A program made the translations under genes and the position numbers. A stretch of 64,000 bases of DNA from an uncultured Acidobacteriota bacterium (GTDB lineage Bacteria; Acidobacteriota; Blastocatellia; RBC074). This document shows positions 20,030 to 30,479 of the stretch, piece after piece. The stretch is from the NCBI GenBank assembly GCA_963743425.1, contig CAVUPU010000001.1, forward strand, positions 575,054-639,053. The letters run 5' to 3'. Positions within the stretch are counted from its first letter, which is position 1, and every line of letters begins with the position of its first letter. The notes under the pieces were generated by a model, which worked only from the letters and a program-made list of their open reading frames with translations, made no database searches and was not told the DNA's origin.

Positions 20030-20500
20030 ATGACTGCTACGGAACTTTTGAAGAAAGACCATCAGAAAGCGATGAGCCTGATCGGAGAACTGGAGGTCGC
20101 TGACAGGCAGGTCGGGACGGTTCAGACTAACACCGACGTCTTCAACCATCTCAACGAACTGCTGATGATGCACACCCTCATCGAAGAAGAAGTGTTCTAT
20201 TCGGCGATGAAGGAGTTCGACGAATCACGCGACCTGGCGCGAAGTCTTCGCAAGGAGCATAAGGAATTCGAGCGGCTGCTATCGCATCTTTCAACCATGG
20301 CCCCGAATGCGGAGGAGTTCCAGAAGACGCTCGCAGACCTGCGCGAAAGCGTCGAGCGTCACATCGACGAAGAGGAGAACGAACTCTTTCCGCTGGCCGA
20401 AGAATTGTGCGGGCCGCAGCGACTGCGGGAGATGGGCCGCCGGATGCAGGAGATGAAATATGACAGCCGGGCGAAAGTCGCCGCCATCCGGCGCAGATAA
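20030..20500 (+). CDS. Hemerythrin/HHE cation-binding domain protein
   Basis: MTATELLKKDH, H..IEEEVFY, EH, HIDEEENELFP; RBS AAGGAGG. Confidence 0.88.
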   Translation: MTATELLKKDHQKAMSLIGELEVADRQVGTVQTNTDVFNHLNELLMMHTLIEEEVFYSAMKEFDESRDLARSLRKEHKEFERLLSHLSTMAPNAEEFQKTLADLRESVERHIDEEENELFPLAEELCGPQRLREMGRRMQEMKYDSRAKVAAIRRR

Positions 20501-20788
20501 AAAAAGGGCTGTTCGCTCTGATCACTCTTCTTTGGGAAGAGCGAGCTTTGCGAACAGCCTCGAAACCCGGATACGGTGTGAAAACAACTAAAAGTTGCTT
20601 CAAAGACGATCCCCTATGCCTCCTACCATATCCGGGGGTTCACCTTGATATGCCTTAAGCTGTCACCATTGCTTTTTGCAACTATGGCGCCGCAATTAGG
20701 CTCCGGGCGGGCGCCACACGCGGTTTTCTTCTTCGCGCGCGTAATCGCCATAAACTGAAGTCGATGCGATGCGATGCCATAAACCAAT

Positions 20789-20867
20789 GCAGGGGCAGAC
20801 CTGCGTGTGGGCCCCGGTGGTTGCATGTAAATCCAATCCGGGACCCCACACGCAGGTCTGCCCCTAC
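20789..20867. repeat. GTAG-type REP doublet
   Basis: AGGGGCAGACCTGCGTGTGGG ... CCCACACGCAGGTCTGCCCCTAC inverted arms. Confidence 0.85.
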
Positions 20868-21318
20868 CGTACACGCAATTGCAAACCGATCTAAGTGTTT
20901 CCACAGCCGTTCACCTTGTATGATTAACACATCATCAGTGATCTCAACGCGTACAACCTCTTTGGTTAAGCTTTTCCTTTCGACCCATCACTTGATAAAG
21001 CTCTCGAAGTAAAAGTTCATAGGTTGTAGGTTTTGGGTTTTAGTCCCTGCTAACGACTTTGCAAAAGCCCTGGCGTCCGCCGCGCCGCGCCATTGACAAG
21101 TCACGCTCTACTGACTTAGCCTGCGACCGCGTTGCGCGTCCGAACCCATCGGAAGGCGCGCGATTCTCACATCGTTTCGTTATCGATCCAATAAGCAAAC
21201 CAAGAAGCGACGACCCGGACCGATCATCGGTTGTGGAAGCTGCGAAGACCCACTTTTCTCACCCGCGCAAAAGGGCGGCTTGTCCGCTCGCAAATCTATA
21301 AAGACGGAGAAAAATGTT

Positions 21319-22134
21319 ATGGCGCTAAAAGGCTGGCTGTGTACAGACGCAAGATCTTACGTCTCTATCTCGATCTTTCTTTTGATCCCCATTGTCGTCG
21401 CGACGTCATTCCCCGCGCTTGCGCAGAAGGGTAAGCAGGACCAGAATGCGAACAGGAATCCGGCCGCCGACTATTACAATCGCGGCAACGAGCGGCATAA
21501 AGCGGGTGACCTGGACGGAGCGATCGAAGATTACACGTTCGCCCTCAGCTTCGATTCGAAATTCGCGAGGGCCTGGAATAATCGCGGCGTGATTCATTTT
21601 CTGAAAGGCGATCTCGACAAGTCGATCGCCGATTGCGGCAAGGCGTTGGAACTCAAACCCGATTACGCCGAAGCCTGGAACAATCGCGGGAACGCGCGGC
21701 TCGACAAGGGTGATCTCGACGGCGCCGTCGCCGATTTCGACCGGGCGATAGCGCTCAACTCCCGCTACGCGCAGGCTTACCACGGCCGCGCCAACGCCCG
21801 CCACGCGCAGAAGGACCTCGACGGCGCCATCGCTGATTACACTCGAGCCATCAAGATCAACGATCGCTTCGCGCTGAGTTGGCACAATCGCGGAACCGCG
21901 CGCAAAGATAAAGGCGAATTACGCGAGGCCGTCGCCGACTTCGATCGGGCGCTCAAGCTCGATCCGAACCGGGCCGCGACCTGGGCCTATCGCGGACTCA
22001 CACTGCTCATGCAGGGCAAAGACGCCGAGGCCGAGCGCGATTTCGCCAGATGCCTCGAACTCGATCCCGATCTGAAAGCGTCATTGACATCACGAATCGA
22101 TGAAGCGAAGCGACAGAGGGCGGCCATTCATTAG
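21319..22134 (+). CDS. Secreted TPR protein
   Basis: Hydrophobic leader ending in ALA-Q; about six 34-aa repeats AW.NRG...GDLDGAI.D...A; start uncertain. Confidence 0.88.
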   Translation: MALKGWLCTDARSYVSISIFLLIPIVVATSFPALAQKGKQDQNANRNPAADYYNRGNERHKAGDLDGAIEDYTFALSFDSKFARAWNNRGVIHFLKGDLDKSIADCGKALELKPDYAEAWNNRGNARLDKGDLDGAVADFDRAIALNSRYAQAYHGRANARHAQKDLDGAIADYTRAIKINDRFALSWHNRGTARKDKGELREAVADFDRALKLDPNRAATWAYRGLTLLMQGKDAEAERDFARCLELDPDLKASLTSRIDEAKRQRAAIH

Positions 22135-22718
22135 CTCAATCCGTATTCTATTCAACATCGACTTTCAAAGATCCTCTCCTGAAATGAGCGAAACGAGAGT
22201 TGAAGAATTCATCTTTGTCGTATAATGCTTGAGAGCAAAGGCACTCCCATTGGGAGAGAACAGTTTCTGCTCTTTGATCGAGCGCACGCTATCGTTTTCG
22301 GGTATATCCCGAAAACTGATGGGCCGCCTTCAGCAGTCCCCAAACCGCTGATAAGTCAACCGGCCTGAAGCAGTCCGTTCTCGTTGCGCTAGCTACGAGC
22401 GTTAAGTACGAAACCTGGAATTGCAAACTCCATCTACAACTCGTCAGTGTTTAGATGGAGTAGTTGACTACGAATAATCGGATGAGAACCCGTTCTCATC
22501 CGAAAATTTGTATAAGCGGGCGCTCGATCTCCATCGCCCGCTTCGTCGCGCGACTGAAGTCAAAGTCGCAGTTTGACAGCAAGATAACCTCGGTCATGAG
22601 GGGCCTGCGAATGCTCGTGGCCTGAGCCTTGCCTTATCTGCTGCGCTCACTCCCGCATAATTTGTTCCCTCCCTACAAACAATCTAAAAAGCCATAGAAA
22701 AAGAATGGAGGATTTGAG

Positions 22719-25700
22719 ATGTCGTGCCTTGTGCATTTTTTCAAAGAGCAGAGCAAAGCGCTTCGGACTGCTCTGTTCGTAGTGGCCTTTCTGTCCGGGG
22801 TGGCCTTCGGGCAGATCGAGTCGGGCCAGATCAACGGAAGGGTGATCGACCCGAATGGCGCCAATATTTCGGGAGGGATCGTCCAGGCCAAATCGGTGTT
22901 TACCGGCATAGAACGAATGGCGACGACCACCGAGGAAGGCTTTTTTATTCTCACGAACCTTCCGCCTGGCGTTTACGAAGTCACTGTTCAGGCCCAGGGG
23001 TTTGCGTTAAAGGGGCAGCGAGTGCGCGTCTTCGTCGGATCGGTCGTCAGAGTCGACATCCAATTGTCGCTCACGCCGGTGCAGGTGGAGGAAGAGGTCC
23101 TCGAAGGCAGCGGCGGCGTGGATGTCAACACGCAAACCGGGCAACTCTCCGACCCGATCTCAAGACGCCAGCTCACCGAACTGCCGGTCATCACGCGCGA
23201 CCCTTACTCTCTGATCACGCTTTCGGGCAACGTCTCGCCTTTCAGGATCACTCCGCTGGGCGGCTTCCCGATTGTCGGCAGCGGCTCCGTGATCATCAAT
23301 ACGGAGCCGGACCAGGACTTTGCGATCGATGGCCAGCCCCCGACGACCAACAACGTTCAGGTGGACGGCGGTGAGAACATCATCAATTACTGGTCGACAC
23401 TCGGACAGCGCATACCGCTCGGAGGCGTACAGGAGATCAACGTCATCACTAATGGGTTCCGCCCCGAATACGGGCGGCTCCTCGGCGGCCTGATCAACGT
23501 CGCGACCCGCCCCGGCGGCAACAACTGGCGAGGCGAGATCTTCGAGTTCTATCGCGGCGACGCCCTCAACTCCAACAGCTTCGAGGCCAACGCCCTCGGC
23601 ATCGGAGACAACCACCTGGTCGGCAACAATTTCGGTTACGCATTCGGAGGGCCTCTCATCGATGACCGGCTCTTCTTCTTCAACAGCACCGAAGTCATTA
23701 AGGTGCGCAGCCGCGAAAACCGCGTCGCGCTGGTTCCGGCGGCTGCTTTCCTTGATCCGACTGTAATTAGCCCAAACACGACTAATTTCTTCGCGGCATT
23801 CCCGTCCCTGACGCCGACCAGGATCAACCCCGACCCCTTGACGGCCAGCGAAGTTCTGACTCTGATCGGCCCGACCGCGCCGGGGAGCCCGTTTGCGGCG
23901 TTGGCGGCGACGACTCCGGATCTGCCGGTCTTCAACCAGATCTTCTTCGACGTTCCGACCGCCATCGGCGGGGGACTGCCGCAGGACACCGTGTTGACTG
24001 TCGCAAGGATGGATTACACCCGCTCCGACCGCTCCCTGATTTATGGGCGGTACGCGTTTGTGGATCGCGACATATACAGGGGCGCGCTCTCTTTCAGCCC
24101 GTTCGCCGGGTTCAACACCGGCGTCGGTGAAAGGGACCATATGGCAGTGATCAACTGGCTGCAGACGCTCTCCGGCCCGGATTGCTGCTCCGGCCCGGGC
24201 GCCTCGGCCTGGTTGATGAACCTCAAGGCCAGTTACAACCGGGTCAACCTGACCCGCGATCTTGATCGTTTCGTTAATCCTGCATTTGGCTCATTCGCTC
24301 TGACGCCGCGACTGGCCGCGACCGGATTCGCGGGCGCAAACCTCGGCGGATTTCCGCTGGCGTTCCCGGGCGATTTCCCGTTCGACCCGACTGTGAATTC
24401 GCTCTTCACCGGGCCGCTCAACCTCTTCCAGGCTTCGGCCGATTTCGCCGGAGTCTGGGCAGGTCATAACGTCCAGTTCGGAGGGAGCTACTATTACTTC
24501 CAGGACAACCGAAACATCTTCTCGTTCCAGAACGGGCTATTCACGCTCGGCTCGAACGTGCCGACGGCGCTTGATGCCCTGGTTACAGGCGTGGCCAATT
24601 CGTTCTCGACGGCTATCAATCCCACGGTCGGAATCGACCCCACCACCATCCCCCCTACCATCCTGGCTACGCCAGTCCAGCCTGACTTCAACCGGAGCAT
24701 AAGCGCGCACGACTTCTCGTTGTATGGCAGCTTCAACTGGCGCATCACTCCGAACATCAACCTGCTCCTGGGGCTGCGCTACGATTTCTTCGACAGGCCG
24801 CGCTCACGCAACGATCAGATCTTCTTCAACTTCTTCCCCGGCTCGGGAACCGACGTCGGCACGCGTATAGCGAACGGCGTGTTGGCCCCGACGGGCTTAG
24901 TTGATATAGATGGAGACGGCGACATTGACGACACGTTCTTCCACAAGGACACCAACAATATAGCGCCGCGCATCGGCTTCGCCTGGGACATCACCGGCGG
25001 CGCCGGCGGCGGTTGTTGCCCGGGTATCAACCGAAGCACGACTCTGCGCGCCAGTTTCGGCATCACCTATGAACGCCTTTTCTATGCCACCGCGCCGTTC
25101 TTCCAGACCAGGTTCGATTTCGCCATTCCCTCGGTGACGGTTCCGAGCGACATTGACATCGGGGCGATTCCGCTGATCCAGCCGGGCGCGACGGTTCCGA
25201 GCAATTTCGGCCCGCTCGTTCCGGGAACAGCGTTGCCGGGCCTTTTGACGCGAGGCATTGAGAGGGACCTCGATGCCCCGAGGCTCACTTTCTGGACTGT
25301 GGCGCTCGACCGCGAAATCTCCCGGAACACGGTCGTGTCCTTACAGTATGCGGGCGCGCATGGGCACGATCTCTTCACGCTCACCAATATCAACCGGCCA
25401 GGTTCGTCATTGTTCTTCCTGGGCGTCGGCGGCGCGACGGATCGTGTCAATACGGCGATTAGTCCCGCCGTTTCCACGACGCTCGATCCCATCTTTTTCT
25501 TGAGGAATGAGGGCAGGTCCAATTTCAACGCGTTCATCGCCGATCTGTCCAACAGCACGTGGCGAACCAACGGATTGACGTTCACGGCGCGCTACAGGTT
25601 CGCGAAGGCGCTCGATAACGTAAGCTCGTTCTTCGGTAACAACTTCGGCGTCTTCGGCGGCAGCTTCACGCCGGATTTGCTCTCGCCGCTCGACCCTGAC

Positions 25701-26318
25701 TTCGATTACGGTCTGTCCGATTTCGACGTAAGGCACCGCTTCATCAGCAGCGTCATTTGGGAACTCCCGTATAAAGATAGTTGTTGCGGCGGCTCCGACT
25801 GGCGCAAGCGGCTTGTCAGCGGCTGGGCGGTGACTGGAATCTTCAATTTCCAGACAGGCTTCCCCTTCAACGTCTTTGATTGCGCCGGCGCGCTGACGCC
25901 CGAAACGCCTTGCCCGCGCGCTCTCGCCGCTCCGGGAGTTGACCTGGGCGACATCCGTAGCGGTCAAGGCTCCACTGTGCCGGACCCGGTTATTCCCAAC
26001 AGGTTTAATTTCATCGACGCAGCGAACTTCGCTCTGATTACCCCCCCCGGTACCACGGCCTTCCCACTGTTCCCGACCAATACGATCGGGCGCAATTTCT
26101 TCCGCGGACCGAATTTCTGGAATATAGATCTCGGCCTTTACAAACGCTTCCGCATCTCCGAGGATGCCAGCTTTCAACTCCGCGGAGAATTTTACAATGT
26201 CTTCAATCACGCCAACCTGTTCGTGCCTCTCGGTGTGGACATTGGCTCGACCAATTTCATCCCGGCCTTCAAGAGAGGAAGACGCGTTATTCAGTTAGGA
26301 GCCAAGTTCATCTTCTGA
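22719..26318 (+). CDS. Oar-like TonB-dependent receptor with carboxypeptidase-regulatory-like N-domain
   Basis: G.V.DPNGA, NLPPGVYEVTV...GF, ELP...R, EYGR..GG.IN, LGLRYDF, D.NNIAPRIGFAWD, LRGEFYNVFNHAN, C-terminal QLGAKFIF; RBS GGAGG. Confidence 0.92.
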   Translation: MSCLVHFFKEQSKALRTALFVVAFLSGVAFGQIESGQINGRVIDPNGANISGGIVQAKSVFTGIERMATTTEEGFFILTNLPPGVYEVTVQAQGFALKGQRVRVFVGSVVRVDIQLSLTPVQVEEEVLEGSGGVDVNTQTGQLSDPISRRQLTELPVITRDPYSLITLSGNVSPFRITPLGGFPIVGSGSVIINTEPDQDFAIDGQPPTTNNVQVDGGENIINYWSTLGQRIPLGGVQEINVITNGFRPEYGRLLGGLINVATRPGGNNWRGEIFEFYRGDALNSNSFEANALGIGDNHLVGNNFGYAFGGPLIDDRLFFFNSTEVIKVRSRENRVALVPAAAFLDPTVISPNTTNFFAAFPSLTPTRINPDPLTASEVLTLIGPTAPGSPFAALAATTPDLPVFNQIFFDVPTAIGGGLPQDTVLTVARMDYTRSDRSLIYGRYAFVDRDIYRGALSFSPFAGFNTGVGERDHMAVINWLQTLSGPDCCSGPGASAWLMNLKASYNRVNLTRDLDRFVNPAFGSFALTPRLAATGFAGANLGGFPLAFPGDFPFDPTVNSLFTGPLNLFQASADFAGVWAGHNVQFGGSYYYFQDNRNIFSFQNGLFTLGSNVPTALDALVTGVANSFSTAINPTVGIDPTTIPPTILATPVQPDFNRSISAHDFSLYGSFNWRITPNINLLLGLRYDFFDRPRSRNDQIFFNFFPGSGTDVGTRIANGVLAPTGLVDIDGDGDIDDTFFHKDTNNIAPRIGFAWDITGGAGGGCCPGINRSTTLRASFGITYERLFYATAPFFQTRFDFAIPSVTVPSDIDIGAIPLIQPGATVPSNFGPLVPGTALPGLLTRGIERDLDAPRLTFWTVALDREISRNTVVSLQYAGAHGHDLFTLTNINRPGSSLFFLGVGGATDRVNTAISPAVSTTLDPIFFLRNEGRSNFNAFIADLSNSTWRTNGLTFTARYRFAKALDNVSSFFGNNFGVFGGSFTPDLLSPLDPDFDYGLSDFDVRHRFISSVIWELPYKDSCCGGSDWRKRLVSGWAVTGIFNFQTGFPFNVFDCAGALTPETPCPRALAAPGVDLGDIRSGQGSTVPDPVIPNRFNFIDAANFALITPPGTTAFPLFPTNTIGRNFFRGPNFWNIDLGLYKRFRISEDASFQLRGEFYNVFNHANLFVPLGVDIGSTNFIPAFKRGRRVIQLGAKFIF

Positions 26319-26369
26319 TCTCTTAGTTCGTCACAACTCTGCGCGCGTAAGCGCGCGGTCAGAATTGAT

Positions 26370-26405
26370 GGGGGAGAGTCCTGCGGGACTTCTCCCCCTT
26401 TTTTG
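26370..26405 (+). terminator. Intrinsic terminator after the receptor gene
   Basis: GGGGGAGAGTCC..GGACTTCTCCCCC followed by T7. Confidence 0.75.
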
Positions 26406-26626
26406 CGTCCACTGCTGCAATGTGAGCACGGCGCTTGCTACGGCTTAACCATGCGGGATTATTCAATGGTTCCGCCACGTTCGGATGTGGCGTGAGACCC
26501 TTTAGGAATGAAGGGGTTGCGACGGGCGCGCCGAAGCGCCGAAGAGACGCAAGATTTTGCGTCTGTACTTGCGCCGCAGCATTGGCGCGCTCAATCGCGG
26601 TGTCACCGGGAAAGGAGAGAGTGAAA

Positions 26627-28039
26627 ATGGGAAACATATTTTCAAAGGCGTTTCAGAGGCCCTGTTCTCTGATGATGGCGCTGCTGCTGGTTTTGGTCTC
26701 GACGTTGGCCGGAGCGCAGTCGCTGCTGCGCGTTTCGGACGATTCGTACAAACGCGGTCTGGATCGTTTCAAGAAGGGCGACCTGACCGGCGCGATCGAG
26801 GAATTCGACCAGGCGCTCGACGCTTATCTGAGCAATCGGGCGGCGTACGGCGTGGAGAACAGCAGCCGGCGCGCGAGCGAGGAGCTTGAAGGCGTCGCTG
26901 TGGATTACGGCGACTTGGTCATTCACATTCCCCGCGCGGCCGCCATCTACCAGAACCGCGGCCTGGCGCGGCTCCGACTCGGAGAGACTGACTCGGCGAT
27001 ACAGGATTTCAACGAGTCGATCAAACTGGCGCCTCGCAACGCGGGCGTCTATCTCTATCGCGGCATCGCGATTCAAACCAAAGGCGACCTGGAATCGGCG
27101 ATCGCCGATTACAACCGCGCCCTCGGGCTGTATCCGCGCTACGCCGAAGCCTGGTACAACCGCGGCGTGGCCAAACGCGACAAAGGAGCTTCAGACGAGG
27201 CTCTGGCGGATTTCAACCAGGCGTTGGCGATCAATCCGAAAATGAGCGACGCGCTGGTCAACCGCGCGGCGGTCTATTACGACAAAGGCGATCTGAAAGG
27301 CGCGCTGGACGATTGCAATCAGGCGATCAAGATCGATCCGCGCCATCACATGGCGTGGAATAACCGCGCCCTGATACGTTATCGCCAGGGAGATTTCAAA
27401 GGGGCTTTGTCTGACGTTGACCGCGCCATCGAGGTCGGGCCGCAGGAAGCGACGCCTTACGTCAATCGAAGCTCTCTACGGCTGGAGAAGGACGATTTCG
27501 ACGGGGCGCTGGCCGACGCCGAGAAGGCTCTCTCGATCAACCCCAATCTGCCCACGGCGTGGGGTAATCGCGGACTGGCGCGGGGAGGCAAAAAAGATTT
27601 CGAGGGCGCGATGGCCGATTTCAACCGCGCTCTAGAGCTTGATCCGCGCTCCGCGGCGACCTATTTCAATCGCGGGAACGCCTGGTTCGCCAAAGGCGAC
27701 GCCGATAAGGCTCTGGCCGATTTCGAGCAGGCGATCAGGATCAATCCCAACGTCGCCGCCGTCTGGAACAATGCCGGCAACGCGCGGTTTATCAAAGCCG
27801 ATATCGAAGGCGCGGTCGCCAATTACAACCGCGCCATCGAATTGGACCCGCGCTACGCTCTGGCCTACGCCAATCGCGGCATGGCCAGATTGCTGCAATG
27901 GCGTGACGCCGAAGCCGAGCGCGATTTCGAGCAGTACCGGTCGTTGAGCCCCAACCCCGAGCCGAGCTTTGAGAAGCGGATTGAAGAAGCGAAGCGGCTG
28001 CGATCCGAATTGGATCAACCGAAGGTGAAGAAGATCTGA
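26627..28039 (+). CDS. Secreted TPR protein, paralog of 21319-22134
   Basis: RBS AAGGAG; signal peptide; about ten TPRs; shared C-terminal DAEAERDF...RIEEAKR motif. Confidence 0.88.
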   Translation: MGNIFSKAFQRPCSLMMALLLVLVSTLAGAQSLLRVSDDSYKRGLDRFKKGDLTGAIEEFDQALDAYLSNRAAYGVENSSRRASEELEGVAVDYGDLVIHIPRAAAIYQNRGLARLRLGETDSAIQDFNESIKLAPRNAGVYLYRGIAIQTKGDLESAIADYNRALGLYPRYAEAWYNRGVAKRDKGASDEALADFNQALAINPKMSDALVNRAAVYYDKGDLKGALDDCNQAIKIDPRHHMAWNNRALIRYRQGDFKGALSDVDRAIEVGPQEATPYVNRSSLRLEKDDFDGALADAEKALSINPNLPTAWGNRGLARGGKKDFEGAMADFNRALELDPRSAATYFNRGNAWFAKGDADKALADFEQAIRINPNVAAVWNNAGNARFIKADIEGAVANYNRAIELDPRYALAYANRGMARLLQWRDAEAERDFEQYRSLSPNPEPSFEKRIEEAKRLRSELDQPKVKKI

Positions 28040-28040
28040 A

Positions 28041-28141
28041 GCATTTTCCATTTTCCATATTACATTTGTCATTTGCTATTGCCAGAACCGTACAGGACCC
28101 GCAATGGCAAATGACAAATCTAAAATGGAAAATGGAAAATG
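28041..28141. repeat. Inverted heptamer arrays (CATTTTC/CATTTGT)n ... (GAAAATG/ACAAATG)n
   Basis: Read directly; related copy at 40709-40807. Confidence 0.85.
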
Positions 28142-28144
28142 AAG

Positions 28145-28789
28145 ATGATGGCTAAGCCTGATATTCACGACCTCGTGCGGGCGATCCGGGCGCAGGGAGT
28201 GATTGACCCGCGCGTGCTCGACGCCTTCCGCGTCGTGCGGCGAGCCGGCTTCGTTCCGCCCGATCTAGTCGACTTCGCGTACGAAGATCGTCCCCTTCCT
28301 ATTGCGCGCTTCCAGGTTACAACCCAGCCATCGCTGATCGCCCAGATGGTGGAGGCGCTGGAGCTTCATCCGGCGGACCGCGCGCTGGAGATCGGCGCCG
28401 GACTTGGTTTCCAGGCTGCGATTCTTTCACGGCTCTGCGATCAGGTTGTGACGGTCGAGCGATTCCCCGATCTGGCGGACGCCGCCCGTGAGAACCTCCG
28501 CAGGGCCGGGATCGCGAACGTGCTTGTGCTCCTCGGTGACGGCACGCTTGGAGCGCCGGAGCGCGCTCCTTTCCAGGCGATCATCGGGGCCGCCGCGGCC
28601 CCGGGGGTTCCTCCTCCTCTCGCGGAGCAACTCGACGAAGGAGGCCGGCTGGTTTTGCCGATCGGCCCCGGCGGCGGCGAGGAAGTGACGCTATTCCGCA
28701 AGGAAGAGGGCCGGCTCGTGCGGCTGGCGATTGTCATCCCCGCGTTCTTCGTCAGGATGGTCGGCAGCTACGGGCATCCAGGCGATTGA
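28145..28789 (+). CDS. pcm: Protein-L-isoaspartate O-methyltransferase
   Basis: AYEDRPLPI, TTQPSLIAQM, LEIGAGLGFQAAIL, GDGTLG.PERAPF, QL.EGGRLVLPIG. Confidence 0.9.
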   Translation: MMAKPDIHDLVRAIRAQGVIDPRVLDAFRVVRRAGFVPPDLVDFAYEDRPLPIARFQVTTQPSLIAQMVEALELHPADRALEIGAGLGFQAAILSRLCDQVVTVERFPDLADAARENLRRAGIANVLVLLGDGTLGAPERAPFQAIIGAAAAPGVPPPLAEQLDEGGRLVLPIGPGGGEEVTLFRKEEGRLVRLAIVIPAFFVRMVGSYGHPGD

Positions 28790-29237
28790 TAATGCTTTCC
28801 ACGACCGTCAGCAGTTCAACAGGCTCGAAGGGTTTGGTGATGTGAATCTGGAATCCGGCGACCAGAGCGCGGATGCGGTCTTCGGCGAGAGCGCAGGCCG
28901 TGATCGCTATGGCCGGTATGTTACCGCCGCGATCCGGATCCATCTTCCGCACTCTGCGCATCAACGCGTAGCCGTCAACACCCGGCATCTGGATGTCTGA
29001 AACCAATATATTGGGAGGCCATTCCTCGTATCGCTCGAAGATGTTCAGCGCCTCGGTTGCGGAGATCACAACCTTCACGTCGGCGCCCCACTGGCTCAAT
29101 ATATAGCCTGTAAGAGTGGCGCAATCTGGTTCGTCATCAACGACCAGTATTCGCATCCCTGCCGGCCCTTGAGAGCCAGGACCAGGCTCATAATTTAAAA
29201 TCGTTTTCGTCAGAATGTTTTTTGATGAAGAATACAT
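28752..29237 (-). CDS. Stand-alone response regulator receiver
   Basis: ILVVDDE, SDIQMPGVDG, AIAITA, AGFQIHITKP; 3' end overlaps pcm convergently by 38 nt. Confidence 0.85.
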   Translation of the reverse strand: MYSSSKNILTKTILNYEPGPGSQGPAGMRILVVDDEPDCATLTGYILSQWGADVKVVISATEALNIFERYEEWPPNILVSDIQMPGVDGYALMRRVRKMDPDRGGNIPAIAITACALAEDRIRALVAGFQIHITKPFEPVELLTVVESIINRLDARSCRPS

Positions 29238-29737
29238 AGTGATAACGATCTCGAGATTGGAGAAATAGATCGTCGAAGCAGATCAGTCCGGTGTCAATTT
29301 TAGGGGCTAAATTTTGGGCCAGGTAGTAAGAAGGCCTCCATCTATCGTTCAGAATAGATGTCACGTTCCAACCGGGTTTTGCGAATATTTATGAGGGCGC
29401 GTGATGAACACGCTCCGCGCGACATTCTTGATTAGTGAAGCCGACACCGCAATTCGGCCTAACTTTCATGTGGCACAATTATCCCAGTCTACTTTCAGCA
29501 ACTCGCGTTCCATCGAGGAGTATGGGATTTTAGAGCCAGCGGCGTGTACCGAACAGATGCAATGTGTTCGCGCTTAGTTCATCTGAGAGTAGCGTTTTTA
29601 GCCACTTTGTCGAGGATGGCAGGGGGGAGGAGGAGCTGGATGGGTAAAAAGTACCGCGCGCGTCAGAAATCGGTTGACTCTGCGCGTAAACAATTGGTTG
29701 ACCCGCGCGCTGCTTGTTGACGCGCGCGGTACTGCGC

Positions 29738-30292
29738 TCATCCACTGCTGCTCTCACGTATCTTTTCCCAAAGTTTGGTGAGTGTGAAGATCAGAAGCGC
29801 TGACACGATCAAAGCCAGAGCTAGTAAACCAGTCGCTGTCCATCTGAAAATGCCCTTGACAGAGGAATCTTCCTGGCCGAGAGGCGGTTGTTGAACCCCA
29901 CCACTGTCAATCGCTCCGGCGGCCATCGTCGGGCTTGGCGTCTCCACGGGGGAAGATTGAAGGGGCGTCGCAGGAGACGTCACAGAGGGCGCTGCGGTGG
30001 ACGTCGCGGGCGGTCTCACTTGAGGCGTTGACGGGAAGGCCGTCGTGGGCTTACGCGGCGGACGAGTCGCCGCGCGGGGATTAGTTTCCCGCTCGGTAAT
30101 TGGGAAGACATCTGCGGGGTCGTACCCGGAGAGTTTTTTCTTCTGGTCGGACGGGAGTCCATCCTGGGGCGGTGTCTGATTGCGGGGTTGCGGAGACTGA
30201 GCGAAAGCGATCTGCGTTGCGGACGCGAGACCGCCAGACGCGCCGGCGAAGACCACAATGATCAACGCCAATGAAAGAAATCCGACTCTCAT
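29738..30292 (-). CDS. Hypothetical exported Pro/Thr-rich protein with C-terminal TM anchor
   Basis: RBS GAGGAGG; N-terminal signal; low-complexity middle; C-terminal hydrophobic helix. Confidence 0.65.
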   Translation of the reverse strand: MRVGFLSLALIIVVFAGASGGLASATQIAFAQSPQPRNQTPPQDGLPSDQKKKLSGYDPADVFPITERETNPRAATRPPRKPTTAFPSTPQVRPPATSTAAPSVTSPATPLQSSPVETPSPTMAAGAIDSGGVQQPPLGQEDSSVKGIFRWTATGLLALALIVSALLIFTLTKLWEKIRESSSG

Positions 30293-30479
30293 AACATTCC
30301 CTCCTCGGAAAATCCCTGGGTACGCATCGCTTGGGAGCGCGCCTGGTTTCGCTTCCAGACCCTTTGATCGAAGTCTCGCACGCTCCCAAGCGATGCGTGC
30401 CCAGGGGCGATTTTCATTGTTTCAGGGGGTAGCCAAAGACGACATAAATGACTCCTGAAGTTGTTGTGATAGAGAATCC

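Noticed and set aside
28752-28789. Convergent 38-nt overlap of pcm and the receiver gene as antisense regulation
   Set aside because: Short convergent overlaps are common (another occurs at 53676-53712) and nothing else supports a function.
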